A stretch of 64,000 nt of DNA from Podarcis tiliguerta (taxonomy: Eukaryota), in NCBI GenBank assembly GCA_965153285.1, contig OZ229129.1. One strand, written 5' to 3'. The notes beneath the pieces are model-generated. The model was not told the origin of the DNA. It did no database searches and was given only the letters and a program-made list of their open reading frames with translations. The translations under genes and the position numbers were made by a program. Within the stretch, counting starts at the first letter, position 1. Every line of letters begins with the position of its first letter. Of this stretch, positions 35,877 to 47,871 are shown in pieces.

Positions 35877-37829
35877 CTCTAGGAGGCAGCTAAATCAATA
35901 CTGTGAGCCAATTCAGACAGCAAGTCCCACTGCACCAGTCTCAAAAGGCAGACAGCAACGGCAGGACTTGGCCTGAGGAAACTGGAAGGAGATGCAGGCC
36001 TGGCACAGAACATATAAGCTCCAGCAGCAAGCAAGGAGCAGTGCCTTGCAAAGAAAACTAGGTGTTCGAAACTCTGTGTTTGTGGCATTTCACTAGTATG
36101 TGTGCTTGTGGGGTGGGGAGAGCATGGTTTACAGGTAGGATCAACAGGTACAGGAAGATTAAGTGAATCTCCTATGCAGACCCCACACATTAATACCATG
36201 ATGCAAGCATGTGGGTGAGTAACACTGTCTCCGTCTGGTTCTGAGCAGGCCAGGCAGATTCCCTGGGACCCGAATGCAATTACTGTTTCCCCGTTCCAAA
36301 CAATCATGCTCTTCTTTCAAAGCTGCATCACAACCTTCTCCCAAGCAACCCAGCAGAATAAGCTGCTAATGCCGCCAACTGGAGAGCTTTCCTATATTTC
36401 CTGCTTCTTCGGTACCCTTTACCATGCTAGTTACCACAAAAGGGGGGGGGGGGGTTGCATGCACCTGTCTCCTTCTTTCATTCCACCTCAAATACCACAT
36501 TCATTTGACAGGTTTCTGTGCTGCACAGCTGGCAAGAGCCCCAGCGTGAAATGTGGGTGGCTTTAAGGCGCACAACTGCCACAAATTTAGACTCAGAATA
36601 CATCTTGCAAATGTCTGTTGACATTAAAACTCATTGCCACAGTGCTGCGCTGACAAATGCATCACAGTTTTTACACTCCCAGCATGGACACCAAGTAGGC
36701 TGGTGGATGAGGGATGGAAGAGCCTGTTCCTCTTCTGCCCGCCCACTCACTCGCCTGCATGAAATTCCTGGTCACCTAAGGCTACCAGGTTAGTTGTTAA
36801 ATGCAAGGCTGTAGTAAGACATAAAGAAAATGGATTAGCATCAGTTTAAATATGGAAAGAACAGTGAGATTACAACCATCTTCTCAGCAGTTTTTCAAAC
36901 AGATTTAATTACTTCTGCTGAGCAATCCCAGATTTCTGCCCACCCAGTTCCCAACCTGGTAGATAAGAGCATCCATCATTCATTATACTAATTTGATGTC
37001 CTCCGCAAAACCAGGCCACCATCTATCTGCCCAAATACTCTTCCCCAAGGATTAAGTCACAGACCTAGGACCCAATTCAACTGTACTTTTATTGGCTTTA
37101 ATAAATGTTTTCATAAGGAACAACGAAGATGAAAAGAGCACTGCCAGAAGTTGACGCAATATAATATATGCAATGCATTATAAATAAATACAAACAAGCT
37201 GCATTTTAAAAACCCACTGAGCTAATTTTGCTGACTGACACTTTCAGTGAGCACATACAAGCCAGTGGCAGTAAAAAAGAAGCAACAGAGGCTGTTGTTT
37301 AAACAACAAAAGAAAGGAGGAAACAATTTTTTAAAATGGTAAAGCCGTATTTGTGTTTCTACAAAGGTTGGCACCATAATGAGTGGTGGCCTACAGTTTT
37401 TCCATGCACCCAAGCCCTTCACCACAAGATTATGACCTTAGGCAGCAGCCTTCCCCAACCAGATGTTTTGGACTACAACTCCCCTCAGTCTCAACCTGCA
37501 TCGCGCAGGTTGGAGGAGGCTGCTAGGCATGAACAAAGCATAGGACGCAGCAGACCAAATGGTGCACCTAGTCAACATCCTGCTTTCTATGGTGGGCTGC
37601 AGGAAGCTTCAGGGATACTTACAAGCAACAGCCTTTTGCCCACAGCATCTGCTACTCCATGCACATTCTGCCTCTGAAAATGCAAGCTCCACTCAACTTT
37701 CAATAAAGCCATTTTCCACAAATGTGTCTGATTGCAGACCAACCTTTGCCAACGCTGGTACATGCTGGCTGGGATTGATGAGGGTTGTAGTTCACTTTAC
37801 CACATATATGCCCACTCAACCACTTAATT

Positions 37830-39325
37830 GATTTATTATATTATTTATACCCCACCCATCTGACCAGGTTGCCCCAGCCACTCTGGGCAGCTTCCAGCAT
37901 GTATAAAAACAATAAAACGTCAAACATTAAAAACCTCCCAATACAGGGCTGCCTTCAGATGTCTTCTAAAAGTGATAAAGGAACCCTGGACGGTTAAGTC
38001 ATGTCAAAGGCAACCATGGGGTGCAGCGCTCATTTCGCTTCAAGCCAAGGCAGCTGGCGTTTCTCTGCAGACAGCTTTCTGGGTCATGTAGCCAGCATGA
38101 CTAAACCGCTTCAGTGCAACGGGGCACCATGAGGGAAGCCAGAGCACACGGAAACGTGTTTACCTTCCTGCTGCAGCAGTACCTATTTATCTATTTGTAC
38201 TGACATGCTTTTGAACTGCTAGGTTGGCAGAAGCTGGACAGAGCAATGGGAGCTCACCCCGTCGTGGGGATTCGAACCACTGACCTTCTGATCGACAAGC
38301 ACAAGAGGCTCAGTGGTTTAGACTGAGATGACCACCCACCTCCCTAAAAAGCCTATCCCTAAAAAACCCACCTATACCCTAAAGGTGGTATAGTTCTTTA
38401 TCTCATTGACATGTGATGGAAGGGCATTCCACAGGGAGGGCACCACAGCCAACTGTAACTTCACTTCTTGCAGTGAGGGAACCGCCAGAAGACCCTAGAA
38501 GGTGTCTGGACCTGAGTGTCTGGGCTGAATGATGAGGGTGGAGATGCTTCTTCACGGATACAGGGCCAAGGTCAATTAGGGCTTTAAAGGTCAGCACTAA
38601 CACTTTGAATTGTGCTTGGAAACATACTGGGAGCCAATGTAGGTCTTTCAGGACTGGTGTTATATGCTCCTGGCAGCCATTCCCAGTCACCAGTCTAGCT
38701 GCTGCATTCTGGATGAGTTGTAGTTTCCAAGTCACCGTCAAAGGTAGCCCCACGTAGAGCATGTTGCAGTAGTCCAAGCGGGAGATAAGCAGAGCATGTA
38801 CCACTCTGGCGAGACAGTGCACAGGTAGGTAGGGTCTCAGCCAGCCCTGGACATAGAATTGACCTGCACCTCCATGGACAGCTGTGAGTCCAAAATGACT
38901 CCTAGGCTGTGCACCTGGTCTTATATGGGCTCAGTTATGCCATTCAGGACCAGGTGGTCCCCCACACCTGCCCTCCCCCATTTCCCCCAAATAGTACTTC
39001 TGTCTTGTCAGGATTCAACCTCAATCCGTTAACCATCCTCCACCCACCTCCAGACATTCACACAGGACATTCACCGCCTTAACTGGTTCTGATTTAAAAG
39101 AGAGGTATCATCCGCATACTGATGAACACCCAGCCCAACCCCCCTGATGATCTTGCCCAGCAGCTTCATATAGATGTTAAAAAGCATAGGGGAGAGGACG
39201 GAGCCCAAGTGAGCGCCCAGGGGTCTGAACACTCCTGCCTCAACACCACTTTCTAGACACAACCCAGGAGGAAGGAGTGGACCCACTGCATAACAGTGCC
39301 CCTGGTCCCAACCCCTCTTCAATCT
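37830..39325 (-). mobile_element. Degenerate L2-clade LINE 3' portion
   Basis: ORFs 39071..39322 (GSVLSPMLFNIY...QYADD) and 38403..38822 (SRLDYCN...LQLIQNAAARL...HITPVLKDLHWLP). Confidence 0.85.
37975..38345 (-). mobile_element. Sauria-type SINE inserted in an L2 fragment
   Basis: Same family sequence as 1298-1665 and 23353-23560. Confidence 0.8.
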
Positions 39326-39961
39326 GTGGAACCGGAACTGTTACATGTGCCACATAATACACGTTCTGCACTTATAAGAGTCTTTGTGTAAGGCAGTTTC
39401 CACACTTAAAACTCCCTGACTATTAACATCAGCCAGGTGGCACCGCTTATACACTTTTTAGTGCCTGCTGAAAACATTTCTGTTCAGGCAAGCCTATCCA
39501 GATACACAGAATGCCGACAAGTCCTTTAACTTGTTATTTCAGTTATTATTTGAAAGATTTAAATAGCTGTTTTTAACTGTTTTTACTGATAACTGTTTTA
39601 TTCTTTTTGTGGGCCGCTTTAACATTTTTTCTTTGCAATCAAGCAGTCTATAAATGTTATGACATAAACAAACCCCACTGCTGCCTTAGAATGCATTCCC
39701 AGCTCTGCCACTGCTGCACATTAACAGGGGAGCAGCGGCAGTGAGTCAGTGCCCCCTCAAGGAAGCATCCGCTGTTACTGGTGATCTTACTGAGGAGCCC
39801 CCAATAACCTTCAGAGATGGCTCCAGGATTCCACAGAAACAGACTGAAAGCCATCAGTGCCAAAAAGATGAAAGTGTCAGGCAGGGAAATCTCCTGAAGT
39901 TGCTGTCGGACTAAACCGTTCTCTCCCCACCCCCCACGCACAGACAGTTCCATTGGCCTAC

Positions 39962-40112
39962 CTTTGTGATGAGGATCCGGTACTTCTCCACCAGGTGATC
40001 GTTGTTGTGACATCCCGCAAGCAGCTGCCAAACCTCCCCCCGGAGAGCTTCAGGGACTCCACTTCTCACCAGCGTGGACAAGGTTTTTGGTCGCACACTC
40101 AGATTCAAGTGC
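39962..40112 (-). CDS. RABGAP1: RABGAP1 coding exon (~exon 13), [34 protein letters not shown]...YRILITK, start of TBC domain, 151 nt, phase 2->0
   Basis: Acceptor tcttccag|G, donor AAG|gtaggc; GVP..LR..VW..L TBC N-terminal motif. Confidence 0.96.
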
Positions 40113-40251
40113 CTGGAAGAGAGGAAGGAGACCAGACATCAGACCAGGAAGGGCGTGCAGGATACAGACCATGGACTGAATGGTTTTGGGTGACTCCAAC
40201 ATCCACATTGATGATGCCTCAGGTCCATGATGCAACCATGGGCCTGTCTCA

Positions 40252-40289
40252 GTATCTGAAGAAGTGTACATGAACACGAAACCTTATAC
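40252..40289 (+). ncRNA. Degenerate minimal hammerhead ribozyme motif
   Basis: GTAT-CTGAAGA-a-GTGT-acatga-ACAC-GAAA-cc-TT-ATAC: 4-bp stem I, 4-bp stem II, intact cores; stem III is not palindromic (ACCT). Confidence 0.55.
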
Positions 40290-40381
40290 CAAGAACAAGC
40301 TTAGTTGGTCTCTAAGGTGCTACTGGACAATTTTTATATATATTTCGACTGCGTCAGACCAACACGGCTACCTACCTGAAT
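40252..40381 (+). mobile_element. 130-bp Penelope/Neptune-like 3' fragment with 8-bp TSD, beginning with a hammerhead-like fold
   Basis: TSD ctgtctca at 40244-40251 and 40382-40389. The tail gttggtctctaaggtgctac...cagaccaacacggctacc resembles reptile Penelope-like 3' ends as remembered. Confidence 0.65.
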
Positions 40382-41271
40382 CTGTCTCACACAGTTATGG
40401 GTCCAATGCACAGAAGTAGCCTTTGATCTACGTAGGGAGGGGAGGGGTCTGGAAATGGTGTGTGTTTGATTATCACCCCATTGTCATAGTCAGATTACTT
40501 CCTGGTGAGGTTTGGACTTGCTATGTCTGTCCCTCCTTTCAAGGGTGGGAGACCAGTTGGGATGGTCTGCCACCAGAAACAGATGGAATTGGGTGGATTC
40601 TTGACTCCTCTGGGGAATTTCCCTGTGGACAGAGGGGGTGTTCCTGTTGAGGTCCTAGTTCCACTATGGAATGGTGAGACTCATAGGGCCTTTGACATGA
40701 TCACTTCTGAGCACCCTCTCTGGCCCTGTGGGGTCTGTTTCACGGCTTGGTACATGGAGGAGTTGAGGTCAGTGAGGCAGAATGGGAGAGGGTTGGAGAA
40801 TAAGAGGCACAAATCTCACTAAGGAGCTAACTGAGCACTTGTTCAAGATCACAATCAGGCCTACCATGTGGGAGTGAGGGCAGCAAAGAGATCCTATTTC
40901 ACTGCCTCCATTGCATCCTTGGGAAGCCGCCCAGCAGAACTGTTCTGTGTGGTCTGCAGGTTGCTTACTCCTGACCAGGAGGTGCATCTCTGGAGCACAC
41001 AGCAACTAGCTGTATTCACTTCAAGCGAAACACTTCAAGGATAAAGTTGCTCAGCTCTACAGTGATTTAGAAGCTGCTACTGTGAGAGTACCTGACCAGG
41101 TGTTCAATGCAACATCGAGCTCGGTGTTGTGAGATCATTTCCAATTGCTGTGGTCTGGGAATACGGACAGGACACATGAAGTGATCCTTGTCCATCCTGG
41201 CTTATTAAAACTAGCTGGGCTGGGGTGACTGGACGGGTCAAAGGTGTGATAAGTGCATCCTTGTGTGATAA

Positions 41272-42760
41272 GAGCGGTGCCCACTGCCCTAAAAGAGGCA
41301 GCCGTGTATCTACTCCTCAAAAAGCCAACCCTAGACCCAGCAGAGTATAACAACTACAGGGTGGTGGAGAGCAACTACAGGCATTCCTGGAATAGAATGA
41401 CTATCTAAATCCACTACCATCTGAGTTCAGACTTGGTTTCGGAACTGAACCTTTATCATGACAGGGACATGGGAGTGTGACCCTGTTACTTCTGATAATT
41501 AATTAATTAATTAATTAATTAAAATATTCTGCCTATCTGACTGGATTGCCCCAGCCACTCTGGGTGGCTTGATCTCTGTGACTTTTGATATCATTGATAT
41601 TAAAATATCATTGGCCACTGTATCCTCCTGGACAGACTTAGTGAGATGGGCATCAGAGGTACTGTATTACAGTGGTTCCATTCACATCAAATTCATGTCC
41701 AGAGAGTAGCACTGATTCAGCGCTATTTAATATCTATGTGAAGCTCTTGGGAGCTGCCATTAGGAGTTTTGGGGCAAGGTGTCACCAGTATTCTGAAGAT
41801 ATACAGCTCTACTTCTCTGCAACATCTGAACCAGGAAAGGCTGTGAACACTTTGGACCAGTGTCTAGATACAGCAGTTGAATTCTGGGAAGACAAAGGTT
41901 ATTTGAGTGGGTGGTTCCCACATTCTGGAAATTGGCAAGTTACTTGTCCTGAATGGGGTTGCATCCCCTCTGATGGAGAAAGTGCATAGTTTGAGGGTAC
42001 TCCTGGATACACCTTTATCACTGGGACCTAGGTGTCCTCTGTGGCTAGGAATGCCTTTTACCAGCTTCATCTGGTTCGCCAACTACACCTGTTCTGGGTC
42101 AGAGATAGTCTGACCACTGCAGTCCAGGCACTGGTAACCTCGGGACGAGATGACTGTAATGTGCTCTATATGTGGGGCTGCCCTTGGGTCTGGTTCAGCA
42201 GCTCCAGCTAGTGCAGAATGCTGCAGCCAGATTGCTGATGGGAGCCTCTCCTCAAGAACATGTGACACCATGGTTAATGGCTGCACTGGCTGCCCATCTG
42301 TTACTGACCCAGGTTCAAGGTACTTGAATTGATTTGCAAAGTCCTGAACAACTAGGGTCCAGCATAGCTCAGGAATCGCCTGAACCCTTCTATCCCAGCT
42401 CAATCACTGAGATCAGCTGCAGGAGCATCTTTGGCCATTCCCTGAGTTGGTGAGGCTCATTTCACAACAAGAAGAAATTGAGCCTTTAGTGCCATCAGCC
42501 CAGTCATGAGGAACACCCTGCGACTGCTGATTCTGCAGGAGCCTTCGGTGCCAACTTTTAAAGGCCTGCCGAAAACTTTTCTGTTCCACAAGACCTATGC
42601 AGGCAAATAAGATCTGCTGGTATTTGTTTCTAGTTTCTTTTTGCTTTTAAATTCTTTTTAACTTTTCAAGATGTTATTGTTTGGTTTTATGTTTTTTATT
42701 GTTATAAACCACTGTAACATATTTTTGTATATAAATGTTTTTTTAAAAAATAATTAAACA
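41272..42760 (+). mobile_element. Degenerate L2-clade LINE fragment
   Basis: PTALKEAAV.LLLKKPTLDP...NYR at 41280-41360, LFNIYVK...HQYSED.QLY in ORF 41672..41989, AT-rich tail with aataaa-like end. Confidence 0.75.
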
Positions 42761-43483
42761 AATCCATGCTCTTTTTAAAAAGGATGACAGATCTATCATT
42801 TTAGAAATGTGGAGGAAGCACATTCATGTATTCAGAAAGGTGGGACGGGGACCAGGCCCACATTGGAACATATTTGGCAGGTAGGTCCACAGAAAAAAAC
42901 AGTGTGCATGTAAGTAGAATCACAGATCTGAAGAGTTGGAAGGGACCCTGAGGATCATCTATTGCAACCCTCCAAATTTCAGCTAAAGCCTCCATGACAC
43001 ACAGCCATACAACCTCCCCTTAAAAACTTCCAATGAAGGAGAGTCCACCACCTTCTGAGGCAGTTTGGAAGGCATCAACATCCAAGTGTCCCATGCTCAT
43101 AAATTGAGGGGAGCAGTTCCATTCAACAGAGGCTGATGAATGAGGACTAGCTGGCAGGGCTCATGGCAGCAGGGGACTTCCAGGCAAGGATGCTGGCAAG
43201 AGGAGTCTGCAGCAGCCCAGGTAAGCCTTCCACTCTTAGCTGGCTTGTCTACCATGTGTGGGAAGTGGCAGTGGGTGGAAGTTGACCTCTCTTGCCCAGC
43301 AGCCTTCAAGGGGCATATCAGGTAGCAAGAAGCACAAGCTGGCTAGGACAGAATGGATCCAGTGTATGGCAGCCTCCAGTGCCCTTACCTGCCTGCCTCT
43401 TTGTCATTGTCTTGTCTGCCTTACTCTCAACCATAAGCTTCTTCAAAGAGATTGGTTCACAATAGAGGGGTGAACCTGCTTAC

Positions 43484-43577
43484 CATTTGGACAAGAGGTC
43501 TCCCCATGTCTCAAGGATTTTCTCTGCACACTCTTTGGAAACGTCTCCGGAACCACTCAGGAGAGGCTCGTCATTAT
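43484..43577 (-). CDS. RABGAP1: RABGAP1 coding exon (~exon 12), DNDEPLLSGSGDVSKECAEKILETWGDLLSKW, 94 nt, phase 1->2
   Basis: Acceptor tcttacag|AT, donor AAATG|gtaagc; ORF 43480..43710(-). Confidence 0.96.
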
Positions 43578-44712
43578 CTGTAAGACACAAAACCCACGCA
43601 GAGGAAGGGGACATGAGAGCAAGAAGCACCATTTCTAACCTCCATTTAGAAGGAAATACTAGGATGCGCTGCACCTGTTGGATCCGGCTTAACCAGTGCA
43701 AACATGGCACAGACAGCAGGGTGGTTCAGCCCAAGCCAGAAGGGGGGGGGGGGACACAACACATCCCTATTTTATGCCGCGGAGCAGGAAAAGATGCTGG
43801 GCATGGGGAGCCCTTTCCAGGCGGAAGGCGGCTCTCTTTCCTCATGCGTAGCCTTCTAGGTCTGCGAGCCAGAAACAGAGTTGCAGGGTGCAGCAACATA
43901 TCTGGCTCTTCTTTTGTACTGTATGCTGCATTCCAGCCATGCAAAAGTCAGAGGTTTCTACACACTCATCAAAACAGGCTCACACAAACCTCTATCCCTG
44001 GAAGCAAGTGGGAAAAGCACCTGAGCAGGACGCAGCCTGTGGGGAGCCCCGAGGGCTGGACAGAGACCTGGAGGGTTCAATTCAGCCACCAGGCCTGAGG
44101 TTCCCCACTCACGCTCTACAGTCGTGGTCAATTAACCACACAAACTAGAGAGCAGAAACTGAAAGTCCATAAATATGATCTGACCACCACCCTGACCACA
44201 TACGTGCACGCACACACTGCCTGTGCCCCTCCTAGCCCCACCAGCACTTGCCAGCCCAGAACAAAGGCCTGCGCTGAAAGCACCAGTAAGAGTTCTTAGC
44301 AGATCACTTAGGATGGTGAGCAAGGGCCTGGTACTTCATCCTCCACCATGGCCAACAGCTAAATGCGGCATAAAATCATAGAATTACGTATAGAGTTGGA
44401 AAGGTCCTCAAAGGTCCGCTAGTCCAACCCCCTGCAGTGAAGGGATCACAGCTAGATAGGTATCTGCCAAATACGACTTTTGGCTTCATGAAAGCATTGG
44501 GAATGCTAGTATGGTAGAGGAAAAGGAAAAGCAGATTAAGTCAGCCGAATGCAGCCTTGCCCAACCTGGTGCCCTCCAGATGTTTTAGACTGAAGTTGCA
44601 GTAGCCCCAAGCCTAGGGAAGGCACCCAGGTTGTGCTAAGCTGCTGTAGAAGAACAGTAGTAGTAGTATCTGCAGTTACCTTCAGCTTTGAAGCCTTCAG
44701 TAAAAACACATA

Positions 44713-44972
44713 CAGCGGTACCTCGGGATGCGAACGGGATCCGTTCCAGAGCCCCGTTCACATCCTGAATGGAACGTAAGATGCGACAGCGCGTCTGCGC
44801 ATGCGCGGGTAATGGTTTGCCACTTCCATGCATGCGTGTGACGTCATTTTGAGCATCTGCGCATGCGCGAGCGGCGAAACCCGGAAGTAACGCACTCCGT
44901 TACTTCCGGGTCACTGCGGAGCGCAATCCAAAAGCGCTAATCCTGAAGCACATTCAACCCGAGGTATGACTG
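44713..44972. mobile_element. Tc1/mariner (Tigger-like) MITE; related one-ended fragment at about 19395-19620
   Basis: TIR cagcggtacctcggg / cccgaggtatgactg; TA flanks. Confidence 0.8.
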
Positions 44973-45390
44973 TATAGGGCTGTGCAATATCAGGTTTTCA
45001 ACATCACAATGTATCACCAGCTAAACATCGTGATATAGTGATACATCACCATGTTGATAGGAAGGAGCATCGACCCCAGACCTGCAAGGTGCTGGGATGA
45101 AACAGCTGCCACTAGCACCTGGCGCAGGGAGGAAGCAGGCAGCTGGAGAATGAAGGTTAGGTGCCAGCCAGCAAGCCCCACCCATGATGTACTGCCAGGT
45201 GAAGACGCCATTGCGATCTGGCCCTCAAATCAGTCCTGGGTGATATATCAATACATCGTCCAACCCCAAACACATAACACGTCTGTAACCTTCTCTGCAG
45301 CAAACCTTTAGCTGATTCACAGCAAGAGGCAGTCTTGACAAAGCCATCTGCTTGCTCTGCTTCGGAGGGACACAGCTAGTCCCTTCTTAC

Positions 45391-45565
45391 CTTCCTCTTC
45401 ATCATCCTCTGGTGGGGATGGGATCATGGAGCCCTGAGATCCGGACTGTGGCAGGCGGAGCACTGGGCTCGCGGTGGTTTTTCTCCTCTCCCTTTCTGAC
45501 TCACTCTCCAGGCATATGACTTCATAGAGTGTGTCTGTGCTGTTCTTCCGGTCCTTCTGCTTTAT
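45391..45565 (-). CDS. RABGAP1: RABGAP1 coding exon (~exon 11), IKQKDRKNSTDTLYEVICLESESERERRKTTASP...PPEDDEEE, 175 nt, phase 0->1
   Basis: Acceptor tccttcag|ATA, donor GAAG|gtaaga; ORF 45317..45994(-). Confidence 0.96.
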
Positions 45566-47701
45566 CTGAAGGATACAGGGCAGATCAGGTTTCAGCACTG
45601 TGGAAGAGCTTGACAAGAAATGCCTAGACAGACTCGCAAGCAACTTTCTGTATATATCTGTGAGAAGGCACAGGAGGAAGAAATCATTCCTACTCAGGAA
45701 CCACAAAGGAGGGATAAAGAAAATAATTTTGGTTAGTCTTTCCGGATTCCAAAGAGGCATCTGCCAAAGGCCCTTTGCTCTGTGGCCAAAATGGCAAAAC
45801 TTTATGTTAAAGCGCTTTGCTCTTCCTCTCAGAAAGCCTTGATGCATAGGAGCAAGAGGGCAGGAATGGGGGAGGGGGAGAGGAGGGAGGTATGTGGAAT
45901 TCAGACAACTGCCCCGGATACAGATTCCGCTATGTTCTAGCTCCTTAATGCTTGGGGAGGAGGGGGATTCCAACTGCCTTCTATAAGGCAGCAAGACAAG
46001 ACCTATGGACCTTCTGGGGGAGGCTGAGATGCTTTTTGTGGTTCAAGTGTTGGGACTAGGACCTGGGAGATGAGGGTGCAAGTCCTCACTCAGCTACAGA
46101 GCTCAGCGAGTGACCTTCAGCCAGCCAGGTCTTTCAGCCTAACCTACCTTATAGGGTTGGATGTGAGGATAAATGAGGAGGCAGAGAACCATATATGCCC
46201 CTTTGAACTCCTTGGTGGGATAAAAAGGTAATAATAAATAAATAAAATTAAAATATTTTCATTTCAACCTCTGATTCACTGTTCAGAGTTCCTGCCTTAC
46301 AACCAGGTCCAAGATGGTTCCCCCCCCCCACAGAAACCATTTCCAAAAATTAAGCTCAGGCTTCATTTTTTCTGGAAAAAGTGAGTTATTATTTTCACCA
46401 GGCTGCTGCCACTGGTAAAATTCCAACACCACTGGTAAATAAAGATAAGCATACACCCTTAACCATTTGCAGCATGGCTGCTCAGATGTCTGTAAGAATC
46501 AGGTTCTCTTTGGAGGTTTATCAGGCAAAATCTCTTTAGCACCTCTTCAAAAGAAGTACCCCAAAACAAAGCAGTGCCCCTCCACCCACAACACCCAAGA
46601 TGAGCCTGGTTCTTGTAAAGAGTCAGATTGGGGCTGAGAACAAGCCAAGACCAAATGAGATAACAAGCCTCACAATGAGAGTGGGTGGAGCGAGACAAGA
46701 GCCAACAGAATTAGCTCAGTAAGATAAACTTCCTTAAATTAACAAGGCTTATGCTTTTAGGGCTGAGAAATATTTATAGCCAAGAGAAGCAATTGTTCAA
46801 ACTTCTCCACATTGCACCTTCAAGAGAGGAGAACATAACCTCAAAGACTTCCCACACACCCCTGCCCAACATGCCAAGGCATGAAGTTCCACTTCTCCAG
46901 TGGAACCTCAAATGTGCTGCAATCATCTTCCTTTGATTTACAAGCAACTCCCCATTTGTGTGGGGTTGTATTCTGGGTCACTGTGCGCGTCAGCAGTCGT
47001 GTGTAAGCCCATTCCGCACCCCTTTCCAGGGCTGAAAAGGATGTGTGTGTCAGGGATTGTGTGTCAATCAGATGCCACCTGTACTATTTACTTGATTCAC
47101 ATCCCCCCTTTCCCCCCAGTGAGCTCAAGGTGGCGTACATGATGCTCTTTCTCCCCATTTCATCCTCAAAGCAATCCTGTGAGGTAGGTTAGGTAGGTTA
47201 TTGTCTGGGATCACTGTCATCCTTGGGGTTTATGAGGGAGGGAAGGAGGAGAGGGGCAGAGAGAGACTGAGGCTCCAATGGACACTGCACACTGGCTAGC
47301 CAAGTATCTCCAGAAAGTCATTTCCCATCACTTGAACTTCGAACTTTTAACTGACACACCAGGACACCCACCAACCCAAGAAGCTCAGAGAAGGTTGCAG
47401 CCCCACTTAGCATTCCAAGGAAGGAAGCAACTCTGCCCATCCCTGGGCTGTGTAAGAAGGGGAAAGATGCAAAAACCCAGCCTCTCCCAACCCTCCCAGC
47501 GATAGGTGGGAACAGTACTGCCTGCGCAAGGGCTGGGCTCAAGCCCTCAAACGGCACCAGGTCCAAAAGTTTGGCTTTCTCCTCTATGCGAGACCAGAGT
47601 CCCAGACGAGCATAACTCAAAGGACCACAGAGTTAGGGAAGGAACGAAAGGGCCCGCCCCACAATATCCACACCACTAAGGATGGGACCCACAAGCGTTA
47701 C

Positions 47702-47871
47702 CTGCTTCAGCTTCAGGAAGAAGTTCTCTGTGGAGCTCCGCTTGCTGAAAGGCCAGAAGAGCCTCTCGCTGGCAGGGCACACACGGACTTTGGTCTCCAG
47801 GAGGAACCGCACAGGCTCCTGCACCTCAGTGATCACCAAGTCGACAGCCGTGGTCAGGAACAGCACTTTGT
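47702..47871 (-). CDS. RABGAP1: RABGAP1 coding exon (~exon 10), DKVLFLTTAVDLVITEVQEPVRFLLETKVRV...FFLKLKQ, 170 nt, phase 1->0
   Basis: Acceptor ctccttag|AC, donor CAG|gtaacg; ORF 47633..48052(-). Confidence 0.96.

Noticed and set aside
43487-44098. 203-aa plus-strand ORF
   Set aside because: Antisense to a RABGAP1 exon and intron; no motif, non-ATG start.
45317-45994. 225-aa minus-strand ORF as a standalone gene
   Set aside because: Only 45391-45565 matches RABGAP1 and has splice sites; the rest is open intron frame.
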